A DNA stretch of 64,000 bases from Candidatus Ozemobacteraceae bacterium (GCA_965140445.1 OZ223236.1:1888001-1952000); one strand, 5' to 3'. Shown: positions 1-10,213, counted from the first letter of the stretch. Numbers and translations: made by a program. Notes: a model not told the origin generated them from the sequence alone.

Positions 1-3000
1 CGCTCATTACAAGCTTCTCAACAAGCTTTCTGCTTTGATTGTTAATTAGTTGTTTAGACAACAAATGCAAAGGAATATTGAATTCTGGTTTTTTGAGGAT
101 CTCTATCATTGCATCCAGAGAGCCTTCTGTTTTGATTCCGCCGAGGGCTTCAACGCACCATTGTCTTTGGAAATTGTCGCCTGTTCCAAAATATTCCATA
201 ATTATTGGAATTGCCTTGTCATTTCCAACTTTTGCAAAAAGATTTGAAACATTCATTCTAATTAAATGAAGTATTTCGCCACTGCATTCCAGGATTCTCT
301 TATCAGGAATTCCGGCAAGCTTTTTCATATCTTTATCTGTTAAAGCATCTCTGGCTATTTTAATTAGTAATGAGAAAGCTCTTTCATCTTCCATTTGGCT
401 TAGAGCATTGGCAATGGAAAACTGAGCCCAAGCATATCCTTCTTTTAGAATAACGGATATTGGGTTTTCAGTTGTTAGATGCTCATCGATTGAAAGAAGG
501 CTGTCTGCGATACATTTCTTAAGTGATGGCTCATGAGTTGAGTCAAGTATTTTAAGTAATGGGAAGATAGCTCTAATGCTTCCAATCTGGCCAAGGACAC
601 GAACAAGAGAAGGAAGAGTTTCTGACTCATCTTCCAGCATTGCTTTTGTTATAAGATCCACGGACATTTCACCAAGCTCACAGAGTGCCCATTCAGCTTT
701 TTCTATGATCTGGCGATCTTGTTCACCAAGTGATTTTATAAGAGGTTCAATGGCTTTTGCGCCCTTAATCTCGCCTAATGCTTCAATTGCCGCAAGTCTT
801 ACATCTCGTTCAGAGTCTGTTAATCGGCCTACCAATGGTTCAATGGCAATTGGATTGCCTATTTTTCCAAGGGCTTGTGCCGCTGCTATTTTATGTTCGG
901 TTTCCGGAGCTTCAAGGAATTTAACAAGATTACCAGCAGTTGCTTTCTCTGCAATTTCTCCAAGTGCATGAATTGCTTTCAGACAAAGAGTGTGGTCTTC
1001 TTTATCAAGAATTACAAGAACATAGCGACTTGCTTTGGCAGATTTTATTTTTCCAAAAGCTTCCAGAGCCAGCATTGTTAACTTGGCGTTAAAGCTGTTA
1101 GCCAGTTTAAGGAGTGGTTCAACAGCCTTGCTATCTGCAATTTCACCCAATGCCCAAACAATTTTTTCCTTAATCTGTGGATTACTAACCTGGAAAATAT
1201 CAATTAGTGGGGCAACTGCATTGGCATTTTTTATTTGTCCCAGCGCTTGAATAGTGGCCAGGCGAATTCGCTCATTATCTTCTCCAAGAACTACCAGTAG
1301 TTGATCACAGGCTGTTGTGGAACCAATTTTTCCAAGAGCTTCAATTGCTTTGAGGCGAACCTCGAAATCAGGATCTTTAAGCATTGGAAGAACTACTGCT
1401 ACTGATTTTTCGTCGGCTATATTTCCGATAGCTTCTGATGCGATCAGACGGAGATCATTGTTTCTACTTTTCAGGAAAGCTGAGACAGCTTTTAATGCTG
1501 ATATTGCACCAATCTTTCCTAGGGCTTCCAGAGTTACATAGCGAAGATCTTCATTATCTTCTTCAAGAAGTTTTATTAAAGGCACAACAGCTTCTTCTGC
1601 TCCGATGGAACCTAAGGCTCTTGCCGCAATAAACTTTAATTGTGACTGATCTGTGCTCAGGCACTGAACCAAAGGTCTTACTGCATCTTGACAAGCAACT
1701 TCTCCCAGATACTCTGCAGCTACCTCGCGGATATCTTTCAACTCATCATTCAAAAGAGCAATGAAGTCTGCATTTGCTGATTCGAGTTTTAGTTCCTTTA
1801 TGGACAAAACAAGAGAATATTTTTCATCAGGATCAGTTGCGTCTGCAAGCAACTGTCTGATTTCTGCCAGCTGTTCTTCAGGTGAAAGAGGCGGAGCTTC
1901 TTCAAGAATGGCTGCGGCAGTAGAAATCTGCTCATCGGGCGAAAGAAAGTCTGCAATATCCGAATCATCTGAATTTGAATTCTCAATTGAACTAAGGCTT
2001 CCAAGAGCCACATCCTCTGAGTCGTATTCAATTTCACTTTCTTTTTCTTCTGGTATCTGAGACTCTTCAATGGTTTCGGTAATAAAATCTATGGCAGGAT
2101 CTTGAGAATCAACAGTTTCTTCTTCAATTGAGGAAACTATTTTTTCTTCTGGTTGCGGTGCAGGAGCACCTCCGTCGATTCCAAGTATTAACCCGGCAAG
2201 ATCATCGTCTTGACTAGACTGTTCTTCAAGCACAGGTGCGTCTATTTCTGTTTCCTGAATCGTTTCTACTGCTTCAAATTCAGAAGGATCAAATACTTCT
2301 GAGTCATCTGTAGGAGTGTCTAGAACAAGAGAGTCGAGGAAATCATCTGTGACTTCGCCATTTTCTGATTCGTTTGACGCTACCGTTTCATCAACTGTGG
2401 TAACAGTATCTAAATTGTCTATTGTTGCCGTATCTTCTTCGATTTCAACTACTTCATCTTCAACAGAAAATTCGCTTGTAGCAACTTCTGCGTCCAAATC
2501 GCCAAAATCAAAGCTTTCTGCTTCAATCGTTGAACTGTCAGTGCTAACGATGAGATCACTTAATTCGTCTTCTTCTGGGGCACTTATGATTAAATTATCC
2601 AGCTCATCATTCTCAGAAATTTCAATTTCTTCAGGTTTTTCTATTTCAGCTACTGAATTAAGAGGCTCAGAGGGGGTCTCAACTACTTCAGAATCCAGGT
2701 CAAAGGAAATTTCATCAGAGGTGTCTTCAAAATTATCTGGGGCAGCAAAAGGATCTTCTTCTAAATCCTGTTCTACGGCAAGATTAGGCAAATCGTTTGA
2801 ATCTTCTGATAATGATTCTGTTGACGAATCAACATCTAATTGTAGTTCAAGAGAAGGGGCTTCTTCTGTTTTTTCCGGGTTAAGGCCTGGAAGATTAAAA
2901 TCTTCTGATCCTTGCTCATTGGTTCCCGATTCATTGCTTGCAAATGGATCATCAGATGAGTCAAGATCAAGTGAAATTTCAGAAGGCTGCTCATCTGAAT

Positions 3001-3436
3001 CTAATTCAAGACTAAGGCTCTCTCCAAGGTCACCAGTGTCAATGCTAAATTCATTGTCATCTCCTCCAAGATCAAGACTTAGTTCATTTCCAGAGGAATC
3101 TGAGTCTAAGTCTAAATTTAGATCAAGAGACAAATCGTCGTCTGATGAGCTATCCCCAAGATCCAAGCTAAATTCTGACGAAGATGAATCACTTTCATCC
3201 AAATTCAGTTCAAGGCCGTTATCTTGTGAACTATCACCGAGATCAAGATCGAACTCACTATTTGAACTGTTCTCTGCAGCATCATTTACTGAGAGATCTA
3301 GTGATAAGTCAAGATCAAGTGGTTCCCTTTCTGCTGGAGAGTCAATTGACGCTCCATCGCCTGGTAAACCCATTCCGCACATATTACAAAATTTATTATC
3401 TTTTTCGTTCTCGAATCCACATCCGGGACACTGCAT
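1..3436 (-). CDS. Zinc-ribbon + acidic low-complexity linker + HEAT/PBS-lyase repeat protein (3' end truncated by window edge)
   Basis: Manual translation from ATG at 3436 (GGAGG SD upstream): MQCPGCGFENEKDNKFCNMCG, then about 500 aa D/E/S-rich, then many HEAT repeats (e.g. VRLKAIEALGKIG, VRLAAIEALGEIKG). Frame stays open to position 2. Absent from ORF track because the stop lies outside the window. Confidence 0.9.
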   Translation of the reverse strand, partial: MQCPGCGFENEKDNKFCNMCGMGLPGDGASIDSPAEREPLDLDLSLDLSVNDAAENSSNSEFDLDLGDSSQDNGLELNLDESDSSSSEFSLDLGDSSSDDDLSLDLNLDLDSDSSGNELSLDLGGDDNEFSIDTGDLGESLSLELDSDEQPSEISLDLDSSDDPFASNESGTNEQGSEDFNLPGLNPEKTEEAPSLELQLDVDSSTESLSEDSNDLPNLAVEQDLEEDPFAAPDNFEDTSDEISFDLDSEVVETPSEPLNSVAEIEKPEEIEISENDELDNLIISAPEEDELSDLIVSTDSSTIEAESFDFGDLDAEVATSEFSVEDEVVEIEEDTATIDNLDTVTTVDETVASNESENGEVTDDFLDSLVLDTPTDDSEVFDPSEFEAVETIQETEIDAPVLEEQSSQDDDLAGLILGIDGGAPAPQPEEKIVSSIEEETVDSQDPAIDFITETIEESQIPEEKESEIEYDSEDVALGSLSSIENSNSDDSDIADFLSPDEQISTAAAILEEAPPLSPEEQLAEIRQLLADATDPDEKYSLVLSIKELKLESANADFIALLNDELKDIREVAAEYLGEVACQDAVRPLVQCLSTDQSQLKFIAARALGSIGAEEAVVPLIKLLEEDNEDLRYVTLEALGKIGAISALKAVSAFLKSRNNDLRLIASEAIGNIADEKSVAVVLPMLKDPDFEVRLKAIEALGKIGSTTACDQLLVVLGEDNERIRLATIQALGQIKNANAVAPLIDIFQVSNPQIKEKIVWALGEIADSKAVEPLLKLANSFNAKLTMLALEAFGKIKSAKASRYVLVILDKEDHTLCLKAIHALGEIAEKATAGNLVKFLEAPETEHKIAAAQALGKIGNPIAIEPLVGRLTDSERDVRLAAIEALGEIKGAKAIEPLIKSLGEQDRQIIEKAEWALCELGEMSVDLITKAMLEDESETLPSLVRVLGQIGSIRAIFPLLKILDSTHEPSLKKCIADSLLSIDEHLTTENPISVILKEGYAWAQFSIANALSQMEDERAFSLLIKIARDALTDKDMKKLAGIPDKRILECSGEILHLIRMNVSNLFAKVGNDKAIPIIMEYFGTGDNFQRQWCVEALGGIKTEGSLDAMIEILKKPEFNIPLHLLSKQLINNQSRKLVEKLVMS

Positions 3437-3608
3437 AGAGACCTCCGAGTTTTTCTGTCTGAATGCTTTTGCTATAACTTATCAAAGTATCAAAACAATC
3501 TGCATTTGTCTTGAAAAATATTTAAAAAGTGAGTCTAACAAACAGAATTGAAAATTACTATTACTCAAATATTTATTAATAGGCCCTCAAAGGAAGTTAT
3601 AATTCTTT

Positions 3609-5342
3609 CTATTTTTCTTGAAAAATAAAATCCTTTAACGACGGAAACTTTTCTGATAAAGCGGTTCTAATGTCAATCTCCTCTCCAGCAGCAATAATTT
3701 GCTGAATAAAAGAGCATAATTGATCTCTCTCAACTATCGGTATGATCTGTTTTATTCTGCTAATAGAAGAAGGTCGCATGCTGAAATCTTCCACGCCTAT
3801 TCCTAGAAGAGCAAGAAATCCTGCTGGGTCTGCGGCCATTTCTCCGCAAACACAAAGTTTAATTTCTTCGGCTCTTGCAGCGCTGAGACAAGTAAAAATT
3901 AAACGTAAAAAAGGAATATTTAGTGGGTTTGCCAGCTCGGCAAGCCTTTGATTTGTTCTATCTATGGCATAGAAGAACTGAAGAAGGTCATTTGTTCCTA
4001 AACTTATGTAATTTGTATATTTTGAAATTTCTTCCATCATAAAAACTGTTGAAGGAACTTCAACCATGATTCCCCACTCTGGTGGTGATTTCGGGTTGAT
4101 CTGCTCAATAGCTTTCTTATAAATTTCATCAATCTGTTTCAATTCATTCGCCGTAGAGATCATTGGGAAAATAATTTTACAGTTGCTTCCGTCTGCTGCT
4201 CGAATCATAGCTCTAAGTTGTGGCAGGAGAATTTCTTCTCTGGACAAAGAAAAGCGAATAGATCTAAAGCCCATAGCGGGATTTTCTTCTTTTGGGAAAG
4301 GGATGTATTTTAAAGGTTTGTCGGAACCAATATCTATAGTTCTTAGAATGGCTGAGTCTTTGGCTGTTTCAATAACTTGTTTGTAAACGCCGTATTGGAA
4401 CTCTTCCGAAGGTAAGTCCATGCTTTCCATGAACAAAAATTCGCTTCTGAATAATCCAATTCTTTTGATGCTCTGTTTTTTCAAAAGTTCGAGCTCTTCA
4501 ACTCTAGCGATATTCGCGCCCAGGCCAACTTGAAAACCATCTGCTGTAATGTCAGAAGATTCAAGTTCCGACTCAATAAGGTTTTGAGAGGCCAAAAGTT
4601 TATCTTTTACTTCTTGTCCAGGATTCAAAATAACCTTGCATCCTGAGCGTGTGTCTATAAGAATTTCATCTCCTGTTCTAGCTACAAGCGTTAGATCGCT
4701 AAGACCAAAAACTGATGGAATCCCAAGAGCACCAGACAAAATTGCAACGTGGGAGGTTGCTCCGCCAGAATCAAGACAAACCCCTTTTAAATTTCCTTTA
4801 GAAAAATCCAATATTTCTCCCGGAGTTACTTCACTTCCTATAAGAACGTAGGGATCATTACCTATTTCGGCAGCAGGTCCCTCTAGCCCCATTAAATGTC
4901 GAAGAAGTCTATCTCCAACATCTTTTACATCAATAGCTCGTTCCCTGAGATAAGGATCTTCAATTGCTGAAAAAATTGTTTGAAGCTGGTCAACTATTTC
5001 CCGGACTATGCTTTCAACATTTACCATTGCTTTTTTTAGCCTGGAAATAATTTGTGGAACAAATTGCGGGTCTTCCAGCATTAAGAGATGTGAGTCAAAT
5101 ATGGCGGCATACTTTGCACCATGCTTCTCTTCTGCTAGTTTCTGGGCAGCAAGAAGGTCTCTTCGAGTAAGCTGGGTTGCAGCATCAAGTCGTTCAAGTT
5201 CCTTGTCGATTTGATTTTCATCAATAGACGTGGTTTTTACTTCAATTCGTTTTTTGAAAACGTAAGCTTTAGCTACGCAACATCCAACTGAACCAACGAT
5301 GCCGTTTGCAACAGCAGTTTGTTTTTTTCCCGATTCAACCAT
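3609..5342 (-). CDS. ptsI: PTS Enzyme I (PEP-protein phosphotransferase)
   Basis: GGATSHVAIL phospho-His motif, IGLFRSEFLFM, EENPAMGFRSIR, GTNDLLQ, CVCGEMAADP. Confidence 0.95.
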   Translation of the reverse strand: MVESGKKQTAVANGIVGSVGCCVAKAYVFKKRIEVKTTSIDENQIDKELERLDAATQLTRRDLLAAQKLAEEKHGAKYAAIFDSHLLMLEDPQFVPQIISRLKKAMVNVESIVREIVDQLQTIFSAIEDPYLRERAIDVKDVGDRLLRHLMGLEGPAAEIGNDPYVLIGSEVTPGEILDFSKGNLKGVCLDSGGATSHVAILSGALGIPSVFGLSDLTLVARTGDEILIDTRSGCKVILNPGQEVKDKLLASQNLIESELESSDITADGFQVGLGANIARVEELELLKKQSIKRIGLFRSEFLFMESMDLPSEEFQYGVYKQVIETAKDSAILRTIDIGSDKPLKYIPFPKEENPAMGFRSIRFSLSREEILLPQLRAMIRAADGSNCKIIFPMISTANELKQIDEIYKKAIEQINPKSPPEWGIMVEVPSTVFMMEEISKYTNYISLGTNDLLQFFYAIDRTNQRLAELANPLNIPFLRLIFTCLSAARAEEIKLCVCGEMAADPAGFLALLGIGVEDFSMRPSSISRIKQIIPIVERDQLCSFIQQIIAAGEEIDIRTALSEKFPSLKDFIFQEK

Positions 5343-5365
5343 AATTCCCCCCGAAGACCTAAACT

Positions 5366-5638
5366 TCAGGCCATTTCTTCACCGAAGCCACTGTCCACAA
5401 GTGATGCAATAGCGTCAACAGCTTCTTCTTCATCCGAACCTTCTGCAGTAATGACGATTTTTTGTCCTGGCCCAGCGGCCAACATCATTACACCTAAAAT
5501 GCTCTTTGCATTGATTTCTGTGTCGTCTTTTGCTAACTGAACTTCAGATTCGAACTTTCCAGCCAGTTTTACTAACAGAGATGCAGGGCGTGCGTGTAAA
5601 CCCAATTTGTTTTTGATTTCTACTTCTTTTCGCTTCAT
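5366..5638 (-). CDS. ptsH: Phosphocarrier protein HPr
   Basis: GLHARPA (His15) and NAKSILGVM (Ser46) motifs, 90 aa. Confidence 0.97.
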   Translation of the reverse strand: MKRKEVEIKNKLGLHARPASLLVKLAGKFESEVQLAKDDTEINAKSILGVMMLAAGPGQKIVITAEGSDEEEAVDAIASLVDSGFGEEMA

Positions 5639-5647
5639 GCTGTATCC

Positions 5648-6451
5648 TTATATCAGAATTCCCCAGTGATGAAGCACCAGGGCACTAACCATTAATAGAA
5701 AGGAAATCATCAGGACATCAATCTTTGCCCTGTAAGCAATTGTTCCGAGAGACACCAGGATAATTGCTCCGATTCCCTGAACGACTTTTTCACCAAAGTA
5801 AAAATACTCCAAAGGAAGATTTGTTAATAAATATGGAGTATGCAGATTAACATGATTTGGTATTAGATAACAGAGAAAAACTAACGTTCCATATCTCAGG
5901 GTTTGTCTAATTTTTGGAAAGTTAAATTGTTTTAGTGATCTAATTACGTGAGTTCCTTGATTGTATCCCCAAAAAATTCCTGCAAATCTAAAATAGAGGT
6001 GAGGAATATTGTAAACCATCAGGAAAAAAATAGGGGTAAGTAAAATGTTTCCAAATGCAAGTGAAAGGCCGGCTGCAGCAACAAATGGCCTCCAGCTGTC
6101 CCAGAAAAGCCCGTCACCAATTGCAGCGCAAGCGGTCATTAATCCTTCTTTTGTGTCATGAATAATGTCTTCCGAAATTTCTCCGCGAGCCAGCTTTTCT
6201 TCTAAGGATAGAGTTACACCCATAACAATAGATGCAAAATAGGGATTTGTATTAAAGTATTCCAGATGCCTTAAGTATGCAGCTTCTCTTGCAGGACCTG
6301 GCTCATAAATTTTATCTAGCCCTAATCCAATGGCATAAATAAATCCCATGCTCATCATACCCCTGTAATTCCAGGAGGCTTGTAGAAAAAAGCTTCTAAA
6401 AGCAATTCTGATTAGGGTTAATCGATTAAGCTTTGCTATTTGATGGTCCAT
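5648..6451 (-). CDS. PTS mannose/fructose/sorbose family IID component
   Basis: RSFFLQASWNY, RHLEYFNTNPY, AAIGDGLFW motifs. Confidence 0.93.
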   Translation of the reverse strand: MDHQIAKLNRLTLIRIAFRSFFLQASWNYRGMMSMGFIYAIGLGLDKIYEPGPAREAAYLRHLEYFNTNPYFASIVMGVTLSLEEKLARGEISEDIIHDTKEGLMTACAAIGDGLFWDSWRPFVAAAGLSLAFGNILLTPIFFLMVYNIPHLYFRFAGIFWGYNQGTHVIRSLKQFNFPKIRQTLRYGTLVFLCYLIPNHVNLHTPYLLTNLPLEYFYFGEKVVQGIGAIILVSLGTIAYRAKIDVLMISFLLMVSALVLHHWGILI

Positions 6452-7223
6452 GGTTCTTCCATATAATGAATGCTGTTGCTATAATCGCTAGCCAGAATTT
6501 TGCAGGAAGAACGGTGAAAGCTAGTATTCCATAGATAACTTTTTTTAGCTCTTCCTTATTTTGAATACACATACTTGCCAGAACAGAGAATCCAATTGCA
6601 GGTAAAAGCCCTTGAATTACTATAAAACCACTGCTATGAGAAAAAGTCAGAGTTTGGGTGAAGTATTTCAATGGTTCTACACCAAGCCAGGTAACAAGAA
6701 AGCAAAACAAAAATGCTTTGGAAAAAGTAAAAAAGCCGCCAAGGGTATGCCCTACAGCTATTGACCAAAGCTGGTTTTCTTCTACTTTTAATGCGACCCA
6801 GGAATCTAAATTTGTGTTTAATCGCCGGACAAACATGTCCAGACTTCTCCCTAATAGTCCAAGAGCAACGGAGAATAGAAGTGCAATGGTATAACAAACT
6901 TCTCTCTCGGTATAAGTTTCATAGCTATGCCCTGCGATGAATCCCAGGGCAACTGAAAGAACTGAAGCTAAGGCTGCATCAGGGGGAACATTCATCCCAA
7001 GTGGGAGTTGCTCAATCCAGACGAGTTGAAGTATGGTTCCAACCATTAATCCTAACTTTAGTCCAGCCGCCGGTTCTCCAAACAGGTTGCCAAGAAAAAG
7101 ACCTGTTAACGGTGCAGCGACAATAGGTTGAGAAATCATAAATTGCCAGGTAGCGGTAGAATCTAAATCAACAATTCCACCAATCAAAGCAATTATCAGG
7201 GATGCCATTAAATGATCTTGCAT
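6426..7223 (-). CDS. PTS mannose/fructose/sorbose family IIC component
   Basis: QFMISQPIVAAPLTG, GTILQLVW, LGMNVPPD, LPAIGF; hydrophobic; adjacent to IID. Confidence 0.9.
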   Translation of the reverse strand: MQDHLMASLIIALIGGIVDLDSTATWQFMISQPIVAAPLTGLFLGNLFGEPAAGLKLGLMVGTILQLVWIEQLPLGMNVPPDAALASVLSVALGFIAGHSYETYTEREVCYTIALLFSVALGLLGRSLDMFVRRLNTNLDSWVALKVEENQLWSIAVGHTLGGFFTFSKAFLFCFLVTWLGVEPLKYFTQTLTFSHSSGFIVIQGLLPAIGFSVLASMCIQNKEELKKVIYGILAFTVLPAKFWLAIIATAFIIWKNHGPSNSKA

Positions 7224-7225
7224 TC

Positions 7226-8536
7226 TTATTCCTCAAAAGCCTCCCATTCCTTTTCTAGATCATGGATTGCATATTCAGGAGTTAACTCACCATTTAATAC
7301 CTTTTTTATCTTTTCACCAATGGAGGCGTAGACCTTGCCTCTTTTAGCTTGAATATCCATTTTTTGACTGGATTGAAGTTGCCATACAAAAGTTTTTAGA
7401 AATGGGTCCTTTTTGATTTCAGGATCAGAAAAAATAGATTTTCTGGCCGGGAGTCCATAATTCTTCTTCGAAAGTCTCGTTTGGACGTTCTTTGAGCAAA
7501 GAAACTTAGCGAATTTTAATGAAGCTTGTTTATATTTTGAAGTTTTTGATATGGTCAATGTTTGACAGCCAATAGGAGGGAATGAGCCAAGAGAACCGCC
7601 TGGGATTCCAACTATTCCCAGGTTGGAGACATCTGATTTAAAGGCACTTCCTGAGATAATTTCTCTGATTGCCCAGGGCCCATTAAAAATCATGCTAACT
7701 TGACCGCTTTTGAAGCTGTTGACCATCATTTTATACGTGTTTGCCCTTAAACTTACTGGTGGCACTGCTTTTAAGCGATTTTTAAGGTTTAAAAGATATT
7801 CCAGAGCTTTTATACTTTGGTCTGAATTAATTGCTGTTTTTCCGTCTTTTGTAAAATAACGTCCACCAAAGCTAAAAAGTATTGGTTGAAAATACCATCC
7901 GTTCGGATGAATGAAGAAGCCGTATCTCCCTGTTCTAGGGTCGGTTAATTTGGCGGCTGCGCGAGAGAATTCTTCATAGTTTCTGGGAGGGGTTAGCCCC
8001 AGTTCTTTAAAATGCTTTTTGTTATAAAAAAGAGCCAGGCAATCTACAGACATTGGAACAGCCCATATTTTATCCTTAATCTCAATTACCTGCTTTGCAA
8101 TTGGCAAGAGATCTTCGTATTCTTCTTTAATTTCAGATTTCTCAATGGGTTGAATCAAATCTGCTTTTACAAAATCATGCAGCCAGAATCTATCTGTTCG
8201 CAGAAGGTCGGGGGCTACGCCAGCTTTTATACTTTGCTCAAATTTTTCTCTGGCTTTGTAGAATGAAATTTCTTTAACTGAAACTTTTATTGTTGGATTA
8301 AGTTTTTCAAATTCACTTACAAACTCGGGCATCAGCTCTGCTTCTGGCTTGTCCATCGTATTCCAGAAGGTAATTGTTACTGTTTTCTGGTTAACGTCAC
8401 TTACTTCAGTAGATCCGCAGCCGGAAAACAGAATCAACGCCAAGACACAAAAAGTTGAGAAAGTAGAGCGTATAAAAAAGGTTGAGAAAATTTGAGAAAA
8501 ATTTGATGATTGTTTTTTTTCTAATAAATTTTTCAC
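7226..8536 (-). CDS. ABC sugar-binding lipoprotein (family 1, MalE-like)
   Basis: Lipobox LILFSGC, TITFWNT, APDL, LFYNK, FKSGQVSMIFNGPW; GTG start uncertain. Confidence 0.88.
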   Translation of the reverse strand: MKNLLEKKQSSNFSQIFSTFFIRSTFSTFCVLALILFSGCGSTEVSDVNQKTVTITFWNTMDKPEAELMPEFVSEFEKLNPTIKVSVKEISFYKAREKFEQSIKAGVAPDLLRTDRFWLHDFVKADLIQPIEKSEIKEEYEDLLPIAKQVIEIKDKIWAVPMSVDCLALFYNKKHFKELGLTPPRNYEEFSRAAAKLTDPRTGRYGFFIHPNGWYFQPILFSFGGRYFTKDGKTAINSDQSIKALEYLLNLKNRLKAVPPVSLRANTYKMMVNSFKSGQVSMIFNGPWAIREIISGSAFKSDVSNLGIVGIPGGSLGSFPPIGCQTLTISKTSKYKQASLKFAKFLCSKNVQTRLSKKNYGLPARKSIFSDPEIKKDPFLKTFVWQLQSSQKMDIQAKRGKVYASIGEKIKKVLNGELTPEYAIHDLEKEWEAFEE

Positions 8537-8559
8537 TATTTCAAATCAGCCTTTTGTGG

Positions 8560-8587
8560 TTAAAGGAGGGTATTCACCCTCCTTTAA
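8560..8587 (-). terminator. Intra-operon GC-rich hairpin (weak terminator, attenuator or stability hairpin)
   Basis: Perfect 12-bp inverted repeat TTAAAGGAGGGT-attc-ACCCTCCTTTAA between ABC ATPase and binding-protein genes; only a short U tract. Confidence 0.6.
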
Positions 8588-8615
8588 GGAAATATCTAGG
8601 TTCTAACGCTGGATT

Positions 8616-9731
8616 CTAGTCATTCTTCCTTTGAAGCCTTTTGGTATCAGATTGCTTGAAGAGATGGAAAGAATTCACAGGAATTCTAGCAATTACTTCT
8701 TCGCCAACTTCAACTTTTACAGAAGGATCAACTCTTGCATTTATGCTATGGCCATTACCAACCAGATATAGATAGGTTTCAGCACCCATAGGCTCAATGA
8801 GATCTACTCTGCAAGGGATATTCAGAGATTTTACATCAGGCTCTGTGTCGTTTATTAAAATATGCTCTGGGCGAATTCCAATAAAAAGATCATTTTCAGG
8901 AAGATCAGAAAAATGCTCTGAGAGGTTGATTTCCCAATCGTGATCCTTGCCTTCTTCTTTTGGAGGAAGGGCTAATCCCTTACCGGTTTTTTTAACTTTA
9001 AGAATGTTCATTGGTGGTGAGCCAATAAAAGTAGCTACAAAAACATTGGCAGGCTTATCATAAATTACTGCAGGGACATCATACTGTTGAATAACCCCTT
9101 CATGAAGAAGAACTATTCTGTCGGCCATGGTCATAGCTTCAACCTGATCATGGGTAACATAAACAAAAGTTGTTCTTAAGCGTTGATGGAGCTTCTTAAT
9201 TTCAGCTCTCATTTGAACTCTGAGCTTAGCATCCAGGTTTGATAGAGGTTCGTCCATCAAGAAAACTTTTGGTTCCCTGACAATAGCTCGTCCAAGAGCT
9301 ACTCTCTGTCTTTGTCCACCAGAAAGTTGTTTTGGTAGTCTGTCCAAATATTCTGTCAAACCAAGAATTTTGGCAGCCTCTTCTACGCGTTTGCCAATTT
9401 CATCAATTGGAAATTTTCTTAATTTCAAACCAAAAGAAAGGTTGTCTCTTACGTTCATGTGAGGATAAAGAGCATAATTCTGGAAAACCATGGCGATGTC
9501 TCTATCTTTTGGTGGAAGATCATTTACAACAGTTTCGTCAATCTTGATTTCACCTTCTGTGATATCTTCAAGACCGGCAACCATTCTCAGGCTTGTACTT
9601 TTACCACAACCAGATGGACCGACAAGAACAACAAATTCTTTGTCATTAATGAAAAGGTCTATTCCTTTTACAGTGGATTCTTTTGCGCCTTCATATTTTT
9701 TTACAACTTTGGAAAAGGTTATTGAAGCCAT
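8616..9731 (-). CDS. Sugar ABC transporter ATP-binding protein (MalK/MsmX/UgpC family)
   Basis: Walker A GPSGCGKS, LSGGQRQRVALGRA, Walker B FLMDEP, YVTHDQ, C-terminal TOBE-type region (GIRPEH, EPMGAE). Confidence 0.95.
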   Translation of the reverse strand: MASITFSKVVKKYEGAKESTVKGIDLFINDKEFVVLVGPSGCGKSTSLRMVAGLEDITEGEIKIDETVVNDLPPKDRDIAMVFQNYALYPHMNVRDNLSFGLKLRKFPIDEIGKRVEEAAKILGLTEYLDRLPKQLSGGQRQRVALGRAIVREPKVFLMDEPLSNLDAKLRVQMRAEIKKLHQRLRTTFVYVTHDQVEAMTMADRIVLLHEGVIQQYDVPAVIYDKPANVFVATFIGSPPMNILKVKKTGKGLALPPKEEGKDHDWEINLSEHFSDLPENDLFIGIRPEHILINDTEPDVKSLNIPCRVDLIEPMGAETYLYLVGNGHSINARVDPSVKVEVGEEVIARIPVNSFHLFKQSDTKRLQRKND

Positions 9732-9745
9732 CTATAGCCCTCGCT

Positions 9746-10213
9746 TTACAATATATCGCTTAATAGCACTGGTTCATTTTGCGGTGTCGGTTGGAAAATG
9801 GGCGATAACCCAGTTTCAAGTATCAAATTAAAATGTTTTCTATCGGAATGGTCAACATGCAGAGCTTCAAAAAGTTCTTCTTTATTATCTCTGGAATGCA
9901 TTCCACCCACATTAAAGATCTCTGGTTTTATACCGTTTTCGAGACATTTCCAGGCATCTTCAGGTGAAGTGACTAATATAAAGGTTTTTTCGTTTACTGC
10001 TTCCGCAGAAATATTATCCGGGGAAACAAACTCAAGCTCAATGTCTACTGGCATGCTAAGAGACATCATCTCCTGTCGCATGAAATCATCGCTGATTTTT
10101 TTATTCACAACAAGTAAAACCTCGGGTTTAACTACGGGAAGCCAACCTACAATTACCTGCCCATGAATCAGCCTGTCGTCTATTCTAAGAAATAATACTG
10201 ATTTTTCCATCAC
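9746..10213 (-). CDS. PTS mannose family IIB component
   Basis: LRIDDRLIHGQV phospho-His motif, FNVGGM. Confidence 0.93.
   Translation of the reverse strand: MMEKSVLFLRIDDRLIHGQVIVGWLPVVKPEVLLVVNKKISDDFMRQEMMSLSMPVDIELEFVSPDNISAEAVNEKTFILVTSPEDAWKCLENGIKPEIFNVGGMHSRDNKEELFEALHVDHSDRKHFNLILETGLSPIFQPTPQNEPVLLSDIL

Noticed and set aside
39..2070. Cluster of short ORFs in the track
   Set aside because: All overlap the long minus-strand HEAT-repeat frame; no independent coding signal.
2316..3551. 411-aa Ser-rich plus-strand ORF
   Set aside because: Antisense shadow of the D/E/L-rich linker of the minus-strand HEAT protein, which has an SD, a zinc ribbon and a continuous frame.
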